Source: Crocosphaera watsonii WH 8501 (GTDB lineage: Bacteria > Cyanobacteriota > Cyanobacteriia > Cyanobacteriales > Microcystaceae). Taken from it: DNA of 32,000 nucleotides. The translations under genes were made by a program, and so were the position numbers. The notes under the pieces are model-generated. The model made no database searches. It was not told the origin of the DNA and was given only the letters and a program-made list of their open reading frames with translations. This document shows positions 17,776 to 27,788 of this stretch, piece by piece. How positions within the stretch are numbered: the stretch's first letter is position 1; the number at the start of each line of letters is the position of its first letter. The DNA is taken from positions 5,955,844-5,987,843 of the forward strand of contig NZ_CP191777.1 in the NCBI RefSeq assembly GCF_050563455.1, in the 5' to 3' direction.

Positions 17776-19783
17776 GGATACCCGGATTTCTCACAAATTA
17801 ATTTGAAAGCCCAATCCAGAGATGAAAAATGATAATTTTTAGGACTAATAGAAATTTTAAATATAGATGAATAAAAAAATTGACTTTGATTATCCAAAAA
17901 TTGAGTTTAAGAGGGAATAATTATATTAACTTTTGATTTTCTCCACTATAAATAAGACTAAATGAAAGTATCAGTCAGTCAACAACTTATGATAGATATC
18001 TTTTTTAAAAAACAACTTATTCTACTTATCCAGTATTAGGAATAGTTTTAATTCTTTTGTTAGCAATAGACAAAATATCTTGATAAGGACAAGCACTAGC
18101 TATAGCGATAATAATTCTTCTACAACTAATCTTTATTCTGGCTCCCAACTTAAGAAGATTTAGACGTATTCTTCCCACAGTTGCTTTAGCCAATGAAGTT
18201 TTTTTTAAACAGTGTTGACGAAAAGCATTTATGAGAACATAAGCCCAGGAATGTATCCATAATCTTAGTTGATTACTTTGAAATGTTTGAGTTGAAGTTC
18301 TATCAGCTAACAAGTCTAATTGTTGTTCTTTAATCCGATTTTCCATCTCGCCTCTCGGACAGTATTTTTTTGTATAAAGTTTTGAGGGTGGAATTTTTGA
18401 AGCGGGCAAAGATGTCACCACATGGCGCATTTTTAAGCCATCACTTCCATAACAAACTTTTGTCACTACTCTTCTTTGACAACTCTATGACTTTTCTGTT
18501 TTATAACGAATAGAGCGATACCAAGTAGAAATTGGTACTAATTTTTTAACTTCTTCTAAATCTTCTTTTTTCTGAAATAAACTATCCATTAATTCAGTTA
18601 TTGGAGCTAGTTTTTTTTCATATTCATGTTTGGCTTTTTCAATTACATCATCCGCTCGTAACTTAAGAACGCCATTTGTTCCCATAGCTATAACATAATC
18701 AACTAAAGGCTGATTTTCACAAAAATAGAAGATTTCTTCACGGGCATAGGCACTATCACCCCTAACTAGGATATGAGTCTCTGACCATTTTTTCTCTAAT
18801 TAGTCCGATAATTCTTTGTAATTCGTCTAAGGCTCCATCGGCTGGATCTACATTAGATGAACGAAGTTTAGCAACTAATAAATGATGCCCACAGAAAATA
18901 TATAAAGGAGCATAACATACTCCGTGATAATAACTATTAAAAAATGCCCCTTCTTGATTACCATGTACTTGGTCATCCGTGACATCCATATCTAATATAA
19001 TACTTAAGGGAGGTTTTTTATAAGACTCTAAACAAAATTCGACAAAAGATTTTTCAATGGCTTCAAAGTTGGGTTCTATTTTATGATAACGACTCGTTTT
19101 TTGGTCGAGAATAGTCTCAGGACAATATTCCAATCTATTAATTGTACTTTTTCCAGCTAACCATCCCTTTTTATCTTCAAGTTCATTAAGCTTTTCTAAA
19201 GCGATCTTAAGGGCAGGATCGTGACGTAATTTATCATGGTCATTGACATCTTCATAGCCTAAAATAATTCCATAAAGCCTTTGTGCTAATAACTCATGAA
19301 CGGAATGATCTACATAAGATTGATGACGATGATCTTGAAAACAGTTACCAAACTTCTCGGTAATTCCCAGTTTTTTATCCAACTCAGCTATCCAGACAAT
19401 CCCCGCATCTGAAGTGATTAGTCCCCCATCAAAATTAGCGATTATTTCTTTTCCTTTCTGTTTACTAAAGTTGATTACTTGACGAGGGTTTCGGGGATGA
19501 CTGGGACTCATTAAATCAGTTTAAGGTAAATTGCTTTAATAATTAAGTTATAGCATATTTTATTCTAACAATCTAGTACTATTAGAAATTTTATTAATAA
19601 TTTTTTTTGAAAAATGAGTGATTGATTTATCTTTTCATCTTTGTCTAATTCGGGTTGATTTTAACTTAAAATCTGACAACAGACTGTTGGTTGGGGAAAT
19701 CTGCGATCGCTCTGTTCAAACCCACTTCCTGTAAGGCTTCTGTGTTTGGCGATCGCAGATTTTGTGAGAAATTCGGGGATACC
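17776..19783 (-). mobile_element. IS1380-family-like element bounded by 22-bp imperfect inverted repeats (boundaries tentative)
   Basis: GGATACCCGGATTTCTCACAAA (17776-17797) matches the reverse complement of 19761-19783 at 19 of 22 positions. About 250 bp of AT-rich non-coding DNA flanks the transposase on each side. Confidence 0.55.
18026..19511 (-). pseudogene. IS1380-family transposase with one frameshift and one in-frame TAG
   Basis: N-terminal part: FDGGLITSDAGIVWIAELDKKLGI...ILDMDVTDDQVHG. The frame switch is in the T6 run 18788-18793 (IREK|WSETHILVRGDSAYAREEI). TAG at 18485-18487 falls at YKTEKS*SCQRRVVTK, where I recall a Trp being typical. C-terminal part: YCPRGEMENRIKEQQLDLLADRTS. 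Confidence 0.8.
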
Positions 19784-19824
19784 AAGAGTTCAAGGAATAA
19801 TCGTAAAAACTAGGAGAAGCAATC

Positions 19825-20565
19825 ATGAATTATGTCATTGGCGGTTGGACTCAAAGTCTTCAAGATCTGGCACCACCTACCTTTTCTTATGTTATGTATG
19901 GTATGGTAACGAACCTAGAGGGACTGACAACAGGCACTCCTAGTTCCCCAGGTTGGAGTCCAGCATCAAACCCCACTCCTCCGGCAAATGGTCAGGTAAT
20001 GTGGACTTATGGTGGGGCTGGATGTACGCCACCAGGAATGCCATCTACTTCCTCCTACATCGACGCTATCTTGGATGCCACCAACATGAATGGATGGGCT
20101 GGTGTGGATTTTGATGATGAGTGTAACATGAATGTAGATGGATTAATCCAAACAATGGGTGCACTTCAGCCAATGCAAACCAGTTATACTTTTCTTGCAG
20201 GCTGGAATTACAACAACCCAGGTTCAAGTCCTGAGGGACAAGCAACCAACGAAGCAGTTATGCAGATTGCAGTAACAGGCGTAGCTAATCGTATGGTTTT
20301 GATGTGCTATGGCGATGCTATGTGGAGTATGCCAGACATCGAAAATAACGTAGGTCTTGCGATTCAACGAACTATCGAGAACGGGGTACCTCCTAAACAG
20401 GTGATTCTAGCGTTGACTCCTCATGGACTAAATGAAGAAAATCTTAATTATTTCCTTGATCAGATCATCAACTATGACATTGGTGACCTATTTATCTGGG
20501 ATTTTCCCGCACTTAGTCCCTCTGATCTTAATACAATTGAACAAAGACTAGGCATCTTTGCATAG
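19825..20565 (+). CDS. Hypothetical protein, possibly a minimal GH18-like (chitinase-fold) TIM barrel
   Basis: The 246-aa ORF is preceded by a GGAG Shine-Dalgarno sequence. GWAGVDFDDE resembles the GH18 DxDxE catalytic strand, and the alternating hydrophobic segments fit eight barrel strands. By eye it is more GC-rich than its neighbours. No signal peptide is evident. Confidence 0.45.
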   Translation: MNYVIGGWTQSLQDLAPPTFSYVMYGMVTNLEGLTTGTPSSPGWSPASNPTPPANGQVMWTYGGAGCTPPGMPSTSSYIDAILDATNMNGWAGVDFDDECNMNVDGLIQTMGALQPMQTSYTFLAGWNYNNPGSSPEGQATNEAVMQIAVTGVANRMVLMCYGDAMWSMPDIENNVGLAIQRTIENGVPPKQVILALTPHGLNEENLNYFLDQIINYDIGDLFIWDFPALSPSDLNTIEQRLGIFA

Positions 20566-20586
20566 AAGTAGAATCTGCTTTGCATT

Positions 20587-20631
20587 GAAAGAATCCCACC
20601 GTTAAGCTTCGCTGTAACGGGGGATTCTTTC
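20587..20631. terminator. Strong hairpin between convergent genes (17 bp with one bulge, 10-nt loop)
   Basis: GAAAGAATCCCACCGTTA (20587-20604) pairs with TAACGGGGGATTCTTTC (20615-20631). It starts 22 nt after the stop of the 19825-20565 ORF. No clear T tract follows. Confidence 0.5.
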
Positions 20632-20780
20632 CACATCACTAAAATCTTTAGATTCTATTAGAATAAAGGAAAGAAGTGAAAAAAGCGAAAAAATCTAGCA
20701 ATTCCGTAAAATATTTAATACTATCGTTATGAATCTCCTGTGCTTCAGCCAGGAGAGTGTCAACAACAGAAAATGCTTGA

Positions 20781-22004
20781 TTAACCAATAAGAAAACGAT
20801 AAGTAACTATAATTGAACTAACCAAGATAAGAAACCAAAGGACAAAAATTAATCTATTGAGCCAAAGATTAGAAATTTTCTCTTGAAGAACAAAGGGAAA
20901 GAAGTTAAACCGATTCCATTGGCTAACAAGTTTTTCCTTTTCAGAATAATTAGGAATACAATACTTAGTAATAGAAGGGTTAACGTAACAGGCAATATTG
21001 ATCACTCTTTTAAGCAACCGTAGCTGATATTGAGATCCAGGAAAAGCATTTACTTCTTGGAAAATTTCTAAATTTAAAGGCATAGCAACGGAAGCTAACT
21101 GAACAATAAGAGCAATAGTAATAGCAGCTTTGACTAGGTTTTTTTTGAGGTTAGATAGAGAAGGAATTTCTTTAATTAATACTGCAATTAACGGAAGCAA
21201 AAACAGATGAAGAGATGTTACGTGATATCTAGCTGCACAAGCATGATCTCCATGCCAAAAAAAGAAGCGACTATAAGCTACTAGATGTAGGGAAAAATTC
21301 AATCCTATTGTGATTAAATACCACTGTAAATAAGGATGAAAACGTCGCCAATATGCTATACCTGCCACCAAACAAGGTAAGACGAGAGGATCGTAAAGAA
21401 AAATGCTTTTTGCTGGAGAAATAAATGGGCCCAATATACCCACATGAGGAGAGTTAACCAGGGGATAGTTTGGGTCTAGTTGTGGTAGTCCTTCCCACAT
21501 GGGATCTGTAGCTAGTTGGAGTTTTTCAACCCTTTTTCCACTGGCAAAAAAACTACCATAGCGAATAATATCAAAAAGACGACCCAAAAAAGTAAATGGA
21601 ACTAATCCCACCAACCAAATACTAATATCTTTAATTATTTTTTGAATATTCTTAGTTTGATATAGTAAGCATCCTAATAAAAAATAACCCACCGTAAAAA
21701 CATGAAGAATACAGGTTATCCTAATTAAAATGGTTCCCCCTAAGGCTAAACCACTCCAAAAAAGTAATGGATATTTCTGGGTTTTAATAAATCCTAAAAC
21801 TCCTGCATATCCCACAATTATTAGAGCCAGAATTTGGTTATTTTGTTGGTGGACTTGGGCATGATGAAGAACAGTAGTAGCCAATAATAAAAGCAAGCTA
21901 GAAATAGCTGCTACTTTATCAGGAAAATCGAATAAGTTAAGCAACCAATAGCCAGAAACAACAACAGCAACATTAATGGGAATAAAAATCAAAAAACTAA
22001 CCAT
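20781..22004 (-). CDS. Polytopic membrane protein, putative GT-C-type (lipid-carrier-dependent) glycosyltransferase, main part
   Basis: 407 aa with many hydrophobic helices. It lies directly downstream of a GtrB-type GT2. It is in the same frame as the 22017-22334 ORF. Confidence 0.5.
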   Translation of the reverse strand: MVSFLIFIPINVAVVVSGYWLLNLFDFPDKVAAISSLLLLLATTVLHHAQVHQQNNQILALIIVGYAGVLGFIKTQKYPLLFWSGLALGGTILIRITCILHVFTVGYFLLGCLLYQTKNIQKIIKDISIWLVGLVPFTFLGRLFDIIRYGSFFASGKRVEKLQLATDPMWEGLPQLDPNYPLVNSPHVGILGPFISPAKSIFLYDPLVLPCLVAGIAYWRRFHPYLQWYLITIGLNFSLHLVAYSRFFFWHGDHACAARYHVTSLHLFLLPLIAVLIKEIPSLSNLKKNLVKAAITIALIVQLASVAMPLNLEIFQEVNAFPGSQYQLRLLKRVINIACYVNPSITKYCIPNYSEKEKLVSQWNRFNFFPFVLQEKISNLWLNRLIFVLWFLILVSSIIVTYRFLIG

Positions 22005-22016
22005 TAATTCTCGCCA

Positions 22017-22334
22017 TTATTCTTCCTCTAAAATCGGAAAAACCTTAGATAATTGTGTTCCTATCCAATCACCAGGAAGCATCAACAGAGATTGTCCCTG
22101 TTCGTAAGCAATATAACGTTTTTCGTTCGCCCCTATAACCCCAAACCGAATATCCCCTCTGATTTTTCTATTCATATTTGGGGTAATTTGTACCTCTTCT
22201 TTGCCTGTCCACCAAGCATTAGCCATTTGTAGCCTTAGTTGCGTATCTAGAACCCCTAAATCACCTGCATTTGTTAGTAAAAGCCATAAAAAAGCAATTA
22301 ACGTAATCTGTTTTATATATTTCATGCCCGTCAA
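22017..22334 (-). CDS. Probable N-terminal segment (TM1 plus first external loop) of the downstream GT-C-like protein
   Basis: 105 aa: an N-terminal TM helix, then the loop DLGVLDTQLRL...YIAYEQGQSLLMLPGDWIG. It is separated from the 20781-22004 ORF only by TAA 22017-22019 and four sense codons, in the same frame. Confidence 0.45.
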   Translation of the reverse strand: MTGMKYIKQITLIAFLWLLLTNAGDLGVLDTQLRLQMANAWWTGKEEVQITPNMNRKIRGDIRFGVIGANEKRYIAYEQGQSLLMLPGDWIGTQLSKVFPILEEE

Positions 22335-22352
22335 TGATTGAATTTCACCTCG

Positions 22353-23318
22353 CTAGTTTTTATTAATATAGGATAAATAAGTCATCCGTTTAAGTTCTCG
22401 CCGCCCACGGGCAACAGAATCTAAAATGAGTCCACAAGTAAAACTCAAAAAAGCTAATAACATAATCGAGGCAGCTAAAATAACTGTGGGAAATCGGGGA
22501 ACTAATCCTGTATTGAAATAAGTTATTAACACTGGCAGACTTAAAATCAGGGCAATCATACCCAATAAAACAGATATAATCCCAAAGAAAAGGAAAGGCC
22601 GAACCTCTTTGAAAAGCAAGATAGCTGTTCCTAAAACCCGCCAACCATCGGTAAAAGTTTTCAGCTTACTTTCAGATCCTGGAGGCCGTGAACCGTATAA
22701 GGTATACTCCTCCATGAAAGGTAGTTTTAGCTCTAAAGTATGCACCGTTAGTTCGGTCTCGATTTCAAAACCACTGGATAGTGCCGGAAAAGATTTGACA
22801 AAGCGACGGGAAAAAACTCTATATCCTGAGAGCATATCTTTGAGATCTGCGCTAAATAAGAATTGAACTACTCCTTTCAAGAACAGATTCCCGCTACGAT
22901 GACCTAAACGATAAGCCTGTTTATCCTCTGCTGCTGAACGACGGGCCCCAACCACCATATCAAGATTATAGGTTAATAATTTATTAATTAGCTCAGGGAT
23001 AGCCTCCGCCTCATAGGTATTATCCCCATCCACCAAAATATAAATATCCGCATCAATATCAGCAAACATTCGTCTCACCACATTGCCTTTCCCTGGTTGC
23101 GGTTCGTAGCGAACAATGGCACCGGCCGCTTCAGCTTGGGCAACTGTGTCATCCGTGGAACGATTATCATAGACATGAATCTCTGCTTCTGGTAGCGTAG
23201 CCTGAAATCTCTTAACCACCTGAGCAATGGTTAAGCCTTCATTGCGACAGGGTACTAATACCGCTAAACGATAATCAGTTCGAGTCATGATTGAAGATAA
23301 TGATTGATTATTGAACAT
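22353..23318 (-). CDS. GT2-family polyisoprenyl-phosphate glycosyltransferase (GtrB/ArnC/DPM1-like)
   Basis: LAVLVPCRNEG...VYDNRSTDDT...ILVDGDNTY (DxD motif) plus two C-terminal TM helices. Confidence 0.8.
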   Translation of the reverse strand: MFNNQSLSSIMTRTDYRLAVLVPCRNEGLTIAQVVKRFQATLPEAEIHVYDNRSTDDTVAQAEAAGAIVRYEPQPGKGNVVRRMFADIDADIYILVDGDNTYEAEAIPELINKLLTYNLDMVVGARRSAAEDKQAYRLGHRSGNLFLKGVVQFLFSADLKDMLSGYRVFSRRFVKSFPALSSGFEIETELTVHTLELKLPFMEEYTLYGSRPPGSESKLKTFTDGWRVLGTAILLFKEVRPFLFFGIISVLLGMIALILSLPVLITYFNTGLVPRFPTVILAASIMLLAFLSFTCGLILDSVARGRRELKRMTYLSYINKN

Positions 23319-23600
23319 TTTTCATAAAAATACTTTTATCATATTATATGGTCATTGAGACTTTTCCTCTTTTTTAATGTTCCGTTTGGCAGTTCTGACT
23401 ATTAGAGCGAATCAGTTGGTAATGTGTTCATCAAGATTAAGTTATTCTTGAGGATATTTGTTGATAAATTTTCCTCAAATCAACTATCATAACCATAGTT
23501 GGTAACCCATACACCGATACACCCATGGATTGACCAATAGACTACAATATTTGGTAACAGAAAATATTAATCACCAAGTTACTGTTGAGGAGGAAAAATT

Positions 23601-23684
23601 ATGAAAAGATCACTTGGTTTATGCTCATTAATGCTCCTGGGTGCAATTGGTGCTAGACGAGAACTGATTGAATACACTAGATAA
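23601..23684 (+). CDS. Candidate 27-aa small ORF (MKRSLGLCSLMLLGAIGARRELIEYTR)
   Basis: A strong GAGGAGG Shine-Dalgarno sequence ends 7 nt upstream of the ATG. The ORF is below the track's size cutoff, and there is no homology evidence. Confidence 0.25.
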   Translation: MKRSLGLCSLMLLGAIGARRELIEYTR

Positions 23685-23788
23685 ACCCAAATATTACTTA
23701 ATGCTCAAATTCTCACCTTGGAAAATTGGTGGGAATTTTATGTAAATAGGAAGCAAATTATAGCATTTCTCGGACTCAATATGTACAC

Positions 23789-25144
23789 CTAATATCGCGC
23801 CTCCGAACTCCGAACTCCGAACTCCGAACTCCGAACTCCTAAATCATCTAATTTGCTATAGTCAGGTAAAGTAGTATCGATTAATTTACCCTTTCTCATT
23901 ACCTTGCGATCGCTTTGAGGACGGGAAAATAGTTCACTAAAATAACGGGCTTTAAATATTATTAAATCTGCGTTTAATCCCACTCCTATTTTACCTAAAT
24001 TGGGTAAGTTCATCAACTGTGCTGGTACTTTATTTATACTACTAACCCAGTCATCATAAGGAGTATCTAAATGACAAATTCTTACGGATTCTTTTAATAC
24101 TTCTAATCCGTCATGATCCCCAAAACCATAAAACGGATCTCGACAATTATCACTAGCAAAAGCAACAGGTATTCCTTCTTGTTTTAGTCCATAAACATCG
24201 GTCACACCTCGCATTTTTGGTGTATAATTTGCTTGTCTATCTTGCAGATATAAGTTACACATTGGTAAGGCAATAATATTAATCTTGGCTTCTTTTACTA
24301 CCTTGATAGTTTCTTGTCTTAGCTTAGGATCTTGTTGGGATAAACTACAACAGTGACCACAAGTTATTTTATTTTCAAATTCCTGTCTAATGGCGGTTTC
24401 GGCTATCTTTTTTAAACAAATAGAGTCGGGATCAAGGGTCTCATCCGCATGAAAATCTAGGTCTAAGTTCCTTTCCTTTGCTAGGGTAAACACTCGCTCT
24501 AATTCTTGATCAAGTTGGGGATTTATATATGCTACTCCCCCTAATATTTGTCCATAGTCAGCTACTAAATCAGCTAGTTTTTCTCCTTCTCTGCTTAACA
24601 AATAATCTAAAGAAACCAAAGAAACTGCTTGTAAATTAAGTTTTTCTTGCCACCTATTCTTTAGTTGGTCAAACACATCAAAACTCATCTTTCCTTGTTC
24701 GCCAAATGAATCTAAATGGGTTCTAATGGCAATAGTTCCTTGAGCATAACTACATTCTAAGCCAAACTCCATCCGCCGATAAACATCTTCTCTTCTCCAG
24801 TTTTTTTGAGCATCTTTTCTAACCGTAGCTAAAGCGTCTTCAAAGGTTCCTGAAATATTCGGCGATCGCTCCCAAATATGCCCTTTATCTAGATGGGTAT
24901 GACTATCTATGAAACAAGGAAAAATAATCCCTTTTTTAAGGTCAATATAAGGATGGTTTGTAAGCTCAGAACTATGAGAAATAATTGAGACAATTTTCCC
25001 TTGATTAATTTCTAAATCAACATGACATAATTTTTCTCTTGTTTGGGGTTTTATGGAAATATTTTCTAATATACAGGCAGGAACATGAGCATTTTTTAGC
25101 CAAAAATGCTCATTATCAGTTATCAGGGAACAGTTATCAGTCAT
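23789..25144 (-). CDS. codA: Cytosine deaminase-like metal-dependent amidohydrolase
   Basis: The 451-aa ORF carries PCFIDSHTHLDKGHIW (HxH metal motif), DLDFHADE and FASDNCRDPFYG. Both the N-terminal and C-terminal tails are built from heptanucleotide repeats. Confidence 0.7.
   Translation of the reverse strand: MTDNCSLITDNEHFWLKNAHVPACILENISIKPQTREKLCHVDLEINQGKIVSIISHSSELTNHPYIDLKKGIIFPCFIDSHTHLDKGHIWERSPNISGTFEDALATVRKDAQKNWRREDVYRRMEFGLECSYAQGTIAIRTHLDSFGEQGKMSFDVFDQLKNRWQEKLNLQAVSLVSLDYLLSREGEKLADLVADYGQILGGVAYINPQLDQELERVFTLAKERNLDLDFHADETLDPDSICLKKIAETAIRQEFENKITCGHCCSLSQQDPKLRQETIKVVKEAKINIIALPMCNLYLQDRQANYTPKMRGVTDVYGLKQEGIPVAFASDNCRDPFYGFGDHDGLEVLKESVRICHLDTPYDDWVSSINKVPAQLMNLPNLGKIGVGLNADLIIFKARYFSELFSRPQSDRKVMRKGKLIDTTLPDYSKLDDLGVRSSEFGVRSSEARY
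23801..23839. repeat. Heptanucleotide tandem repeat CTCCGAA, ~5.5 copies, inside the 3' end of the codA-like ORF
   Basis: Read directly. It encodes the periodic tail GVRSSEFGVRSSE. Confidence 0.95.
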
Positions 25145-25177
25145 CTATCTTTAATAGGGAACTTAGAAGGCAGATAG

Positions 25178-26164
25178 CTAACTAGCAGCTAAATATTCCT
25201 TCACGTTAGCCCGTCTTCTCCGTAGTTGGGCTAAAGCTTGATGTTCTAGTTGACGAACCCGTTCACGGCTAATGTTCATTCGTTTGCCAATTTTAGCCAA
25301 AGATAGTTCCTTGCCATCTTCTAAACCAAAACGTAGCGTCAAGACAGTTCTTTGTTGGGGGGTTAATTCAGCCATTAGATTCCTCAAGTCCTGACGCAAT
25401 AATTCTTGAGTAATATACAGATCAGGAGATACCCCTTGATCTTCTAATAATTCTGAAAGTTCCGTGTCTTGATTATCTCCCACTCTCACATCTAATGAGA
25501 TGGGTTGACGGGCAATACTAAGAAACTCCCGAATTTGTGAGGGTTCAATTTCTAATTCTTGGGCAATTTCCGATGGTGTCGCACTTCTCCCCAGGGTTTG
25601 AGAGAGTTCCCTCTGGGTTTTTTTGATTTTGTTGAGTTTTTCTGTAATATGAATCGGTAAGCGGATGGTACGGGACTGTTGAGCGATGGCCCGTGTGATG
25701 GCTTGGCGAATCCACCAGTAAGCATAAGTAGAAAACTTATACCCCTTGGTGGGGTCAAATTTCTCCACACCTCTTTCCAACCCTAGACTTCCTTCTTGAA
25801 TGAGATCGAGGAATTCCATATTGCGCTTTTGATATTTCTTGGCAATGGCAACCACTAGGCGCAAATTCGCTTCAATCATCTTTCTTTTAGCCCTTTCACC
25901 CTGTTCCAGGGCTTGATTAAGAGCTTTTTGCTCTATTTCTAGCTCTTTAGACCATTCTTTGACTGTGGGTTCTTTGCCTAACTTGTCTGCTAGTTCCTCT
26001 TTCTTCTCCAAAAAATTCATCATTTTCTGGACTTGTTTCCCATAAATAATTTCTTGTTCATGGGTTAACAGAGGTACTCGCCCAATCTCATGCAGATAAG
26101 TCCGTACCATATCTGCTGAATACATAGGCTGTTTGGTTTTGGTGTTAACGTTAGCAGTGGGCAT
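25178..26164 (-). CDS. RNA polymerase sigma-70 factor, group 2 (RpoD-like)
   Basis: Conserved regions 1.2-4.2: [83 protein letters not shown]. At 328 aa it fits group 2. Confidence 0.9.
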   Translation of the reverse strand: MPTANVNTKTKQPMYSADMVRTYLHEIGRVPLLTHEQEIIYGKQVQKMMNFLEKKEELADKLGKEPTVKEWSKELEIEQKALNQALEQGERAKRKMIEANLRLVVAIAKKYQKRNMEFLDLIQEGSLGLERGVEKFDPTKGYKFSTYAYWWIRQAITRAIAQQSRTIRLPIHITEKLNKIKKTQRELSQTLGRSATPSEIAQELEIEPSQIREFLSIARQPISLDVRVGDNQDTELSELLEDQGVSPDLYITQELLRQDLRNLMAELTPQQRTVLTLRFGLEDGKELSLAKIGKRMNISRERVRQLEHQALAQLRRRRANVKEYLAAS

Positions 26165-26482
26165 TTGTATTAGATGACTCCTTTCAACCTGCTTATAAAG
26201 TCTGTTGCTACTCTTATCTTTCCCAAAAATTCCCTTTGTTAATACAGAAGGACTGGAAAGAAAAGTTACAAAGTGAAGTCGATATGACTTTAACTTGTTT
26301 GTATTTTAGCTCATATATTTAGACGATGGCAAGATTTGAAAGGTTCATTGATTTGGATCATATCCCTGGAAAATTAGAATTTTGTTACAATTCCTTAGAC
26401 TCATTAGGGGAAAAAGTTCGCTACCCTAGATAGGGGAAGAGGCTGAGGAAGCCTTTGTTATTCATCAATCAGGATCAATGCT

Positions 26483-26623
26483 ATGTCGGACTTAAATCGT
26501 GGCATTATGAAGTTTGAAGGGGCTGATAAACCTGTTTTAGTAGCTGTTTCAGCCTTTTTAGTTCTCGGTGCTATTACTGCTCTAATCATCTGGGCTTTGA
26601 AAACGGCCTATGTCGTTGGTTAA
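26483..26623 (+). CDS. Candidate 46-aa single-pass membrane protein
   Basis: Own translation: MSDLNRGIMKFEGADKPVLVAVSAFLVLGAITALIIWALKTAYVVG*, with one clear TM helix. AGGA lies 9-12 nt upstream. The ORF is below the track's cutoff. Confidence 0.4.
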   Translation: MSDLNRGIMKFEGADKPVLVAVSAFLVLGAITALIIWALKTAYVVG

Positions 26624-26633
26624 GTTTTCTTGA

Positions 26634-27770
<1,137 letters not shown>

Positions 27771-27788
27771 ATTTTTAATAGATATGCT

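Noticed and set aside
19711-19748. GTTCAAACCC, resembling a tRNA T-arm
   Set aside because: No acceptor, D or anticodon stems can be drawn around it. It is the loop of a HIP1-containing hairpin inside the IS1380-like arm.
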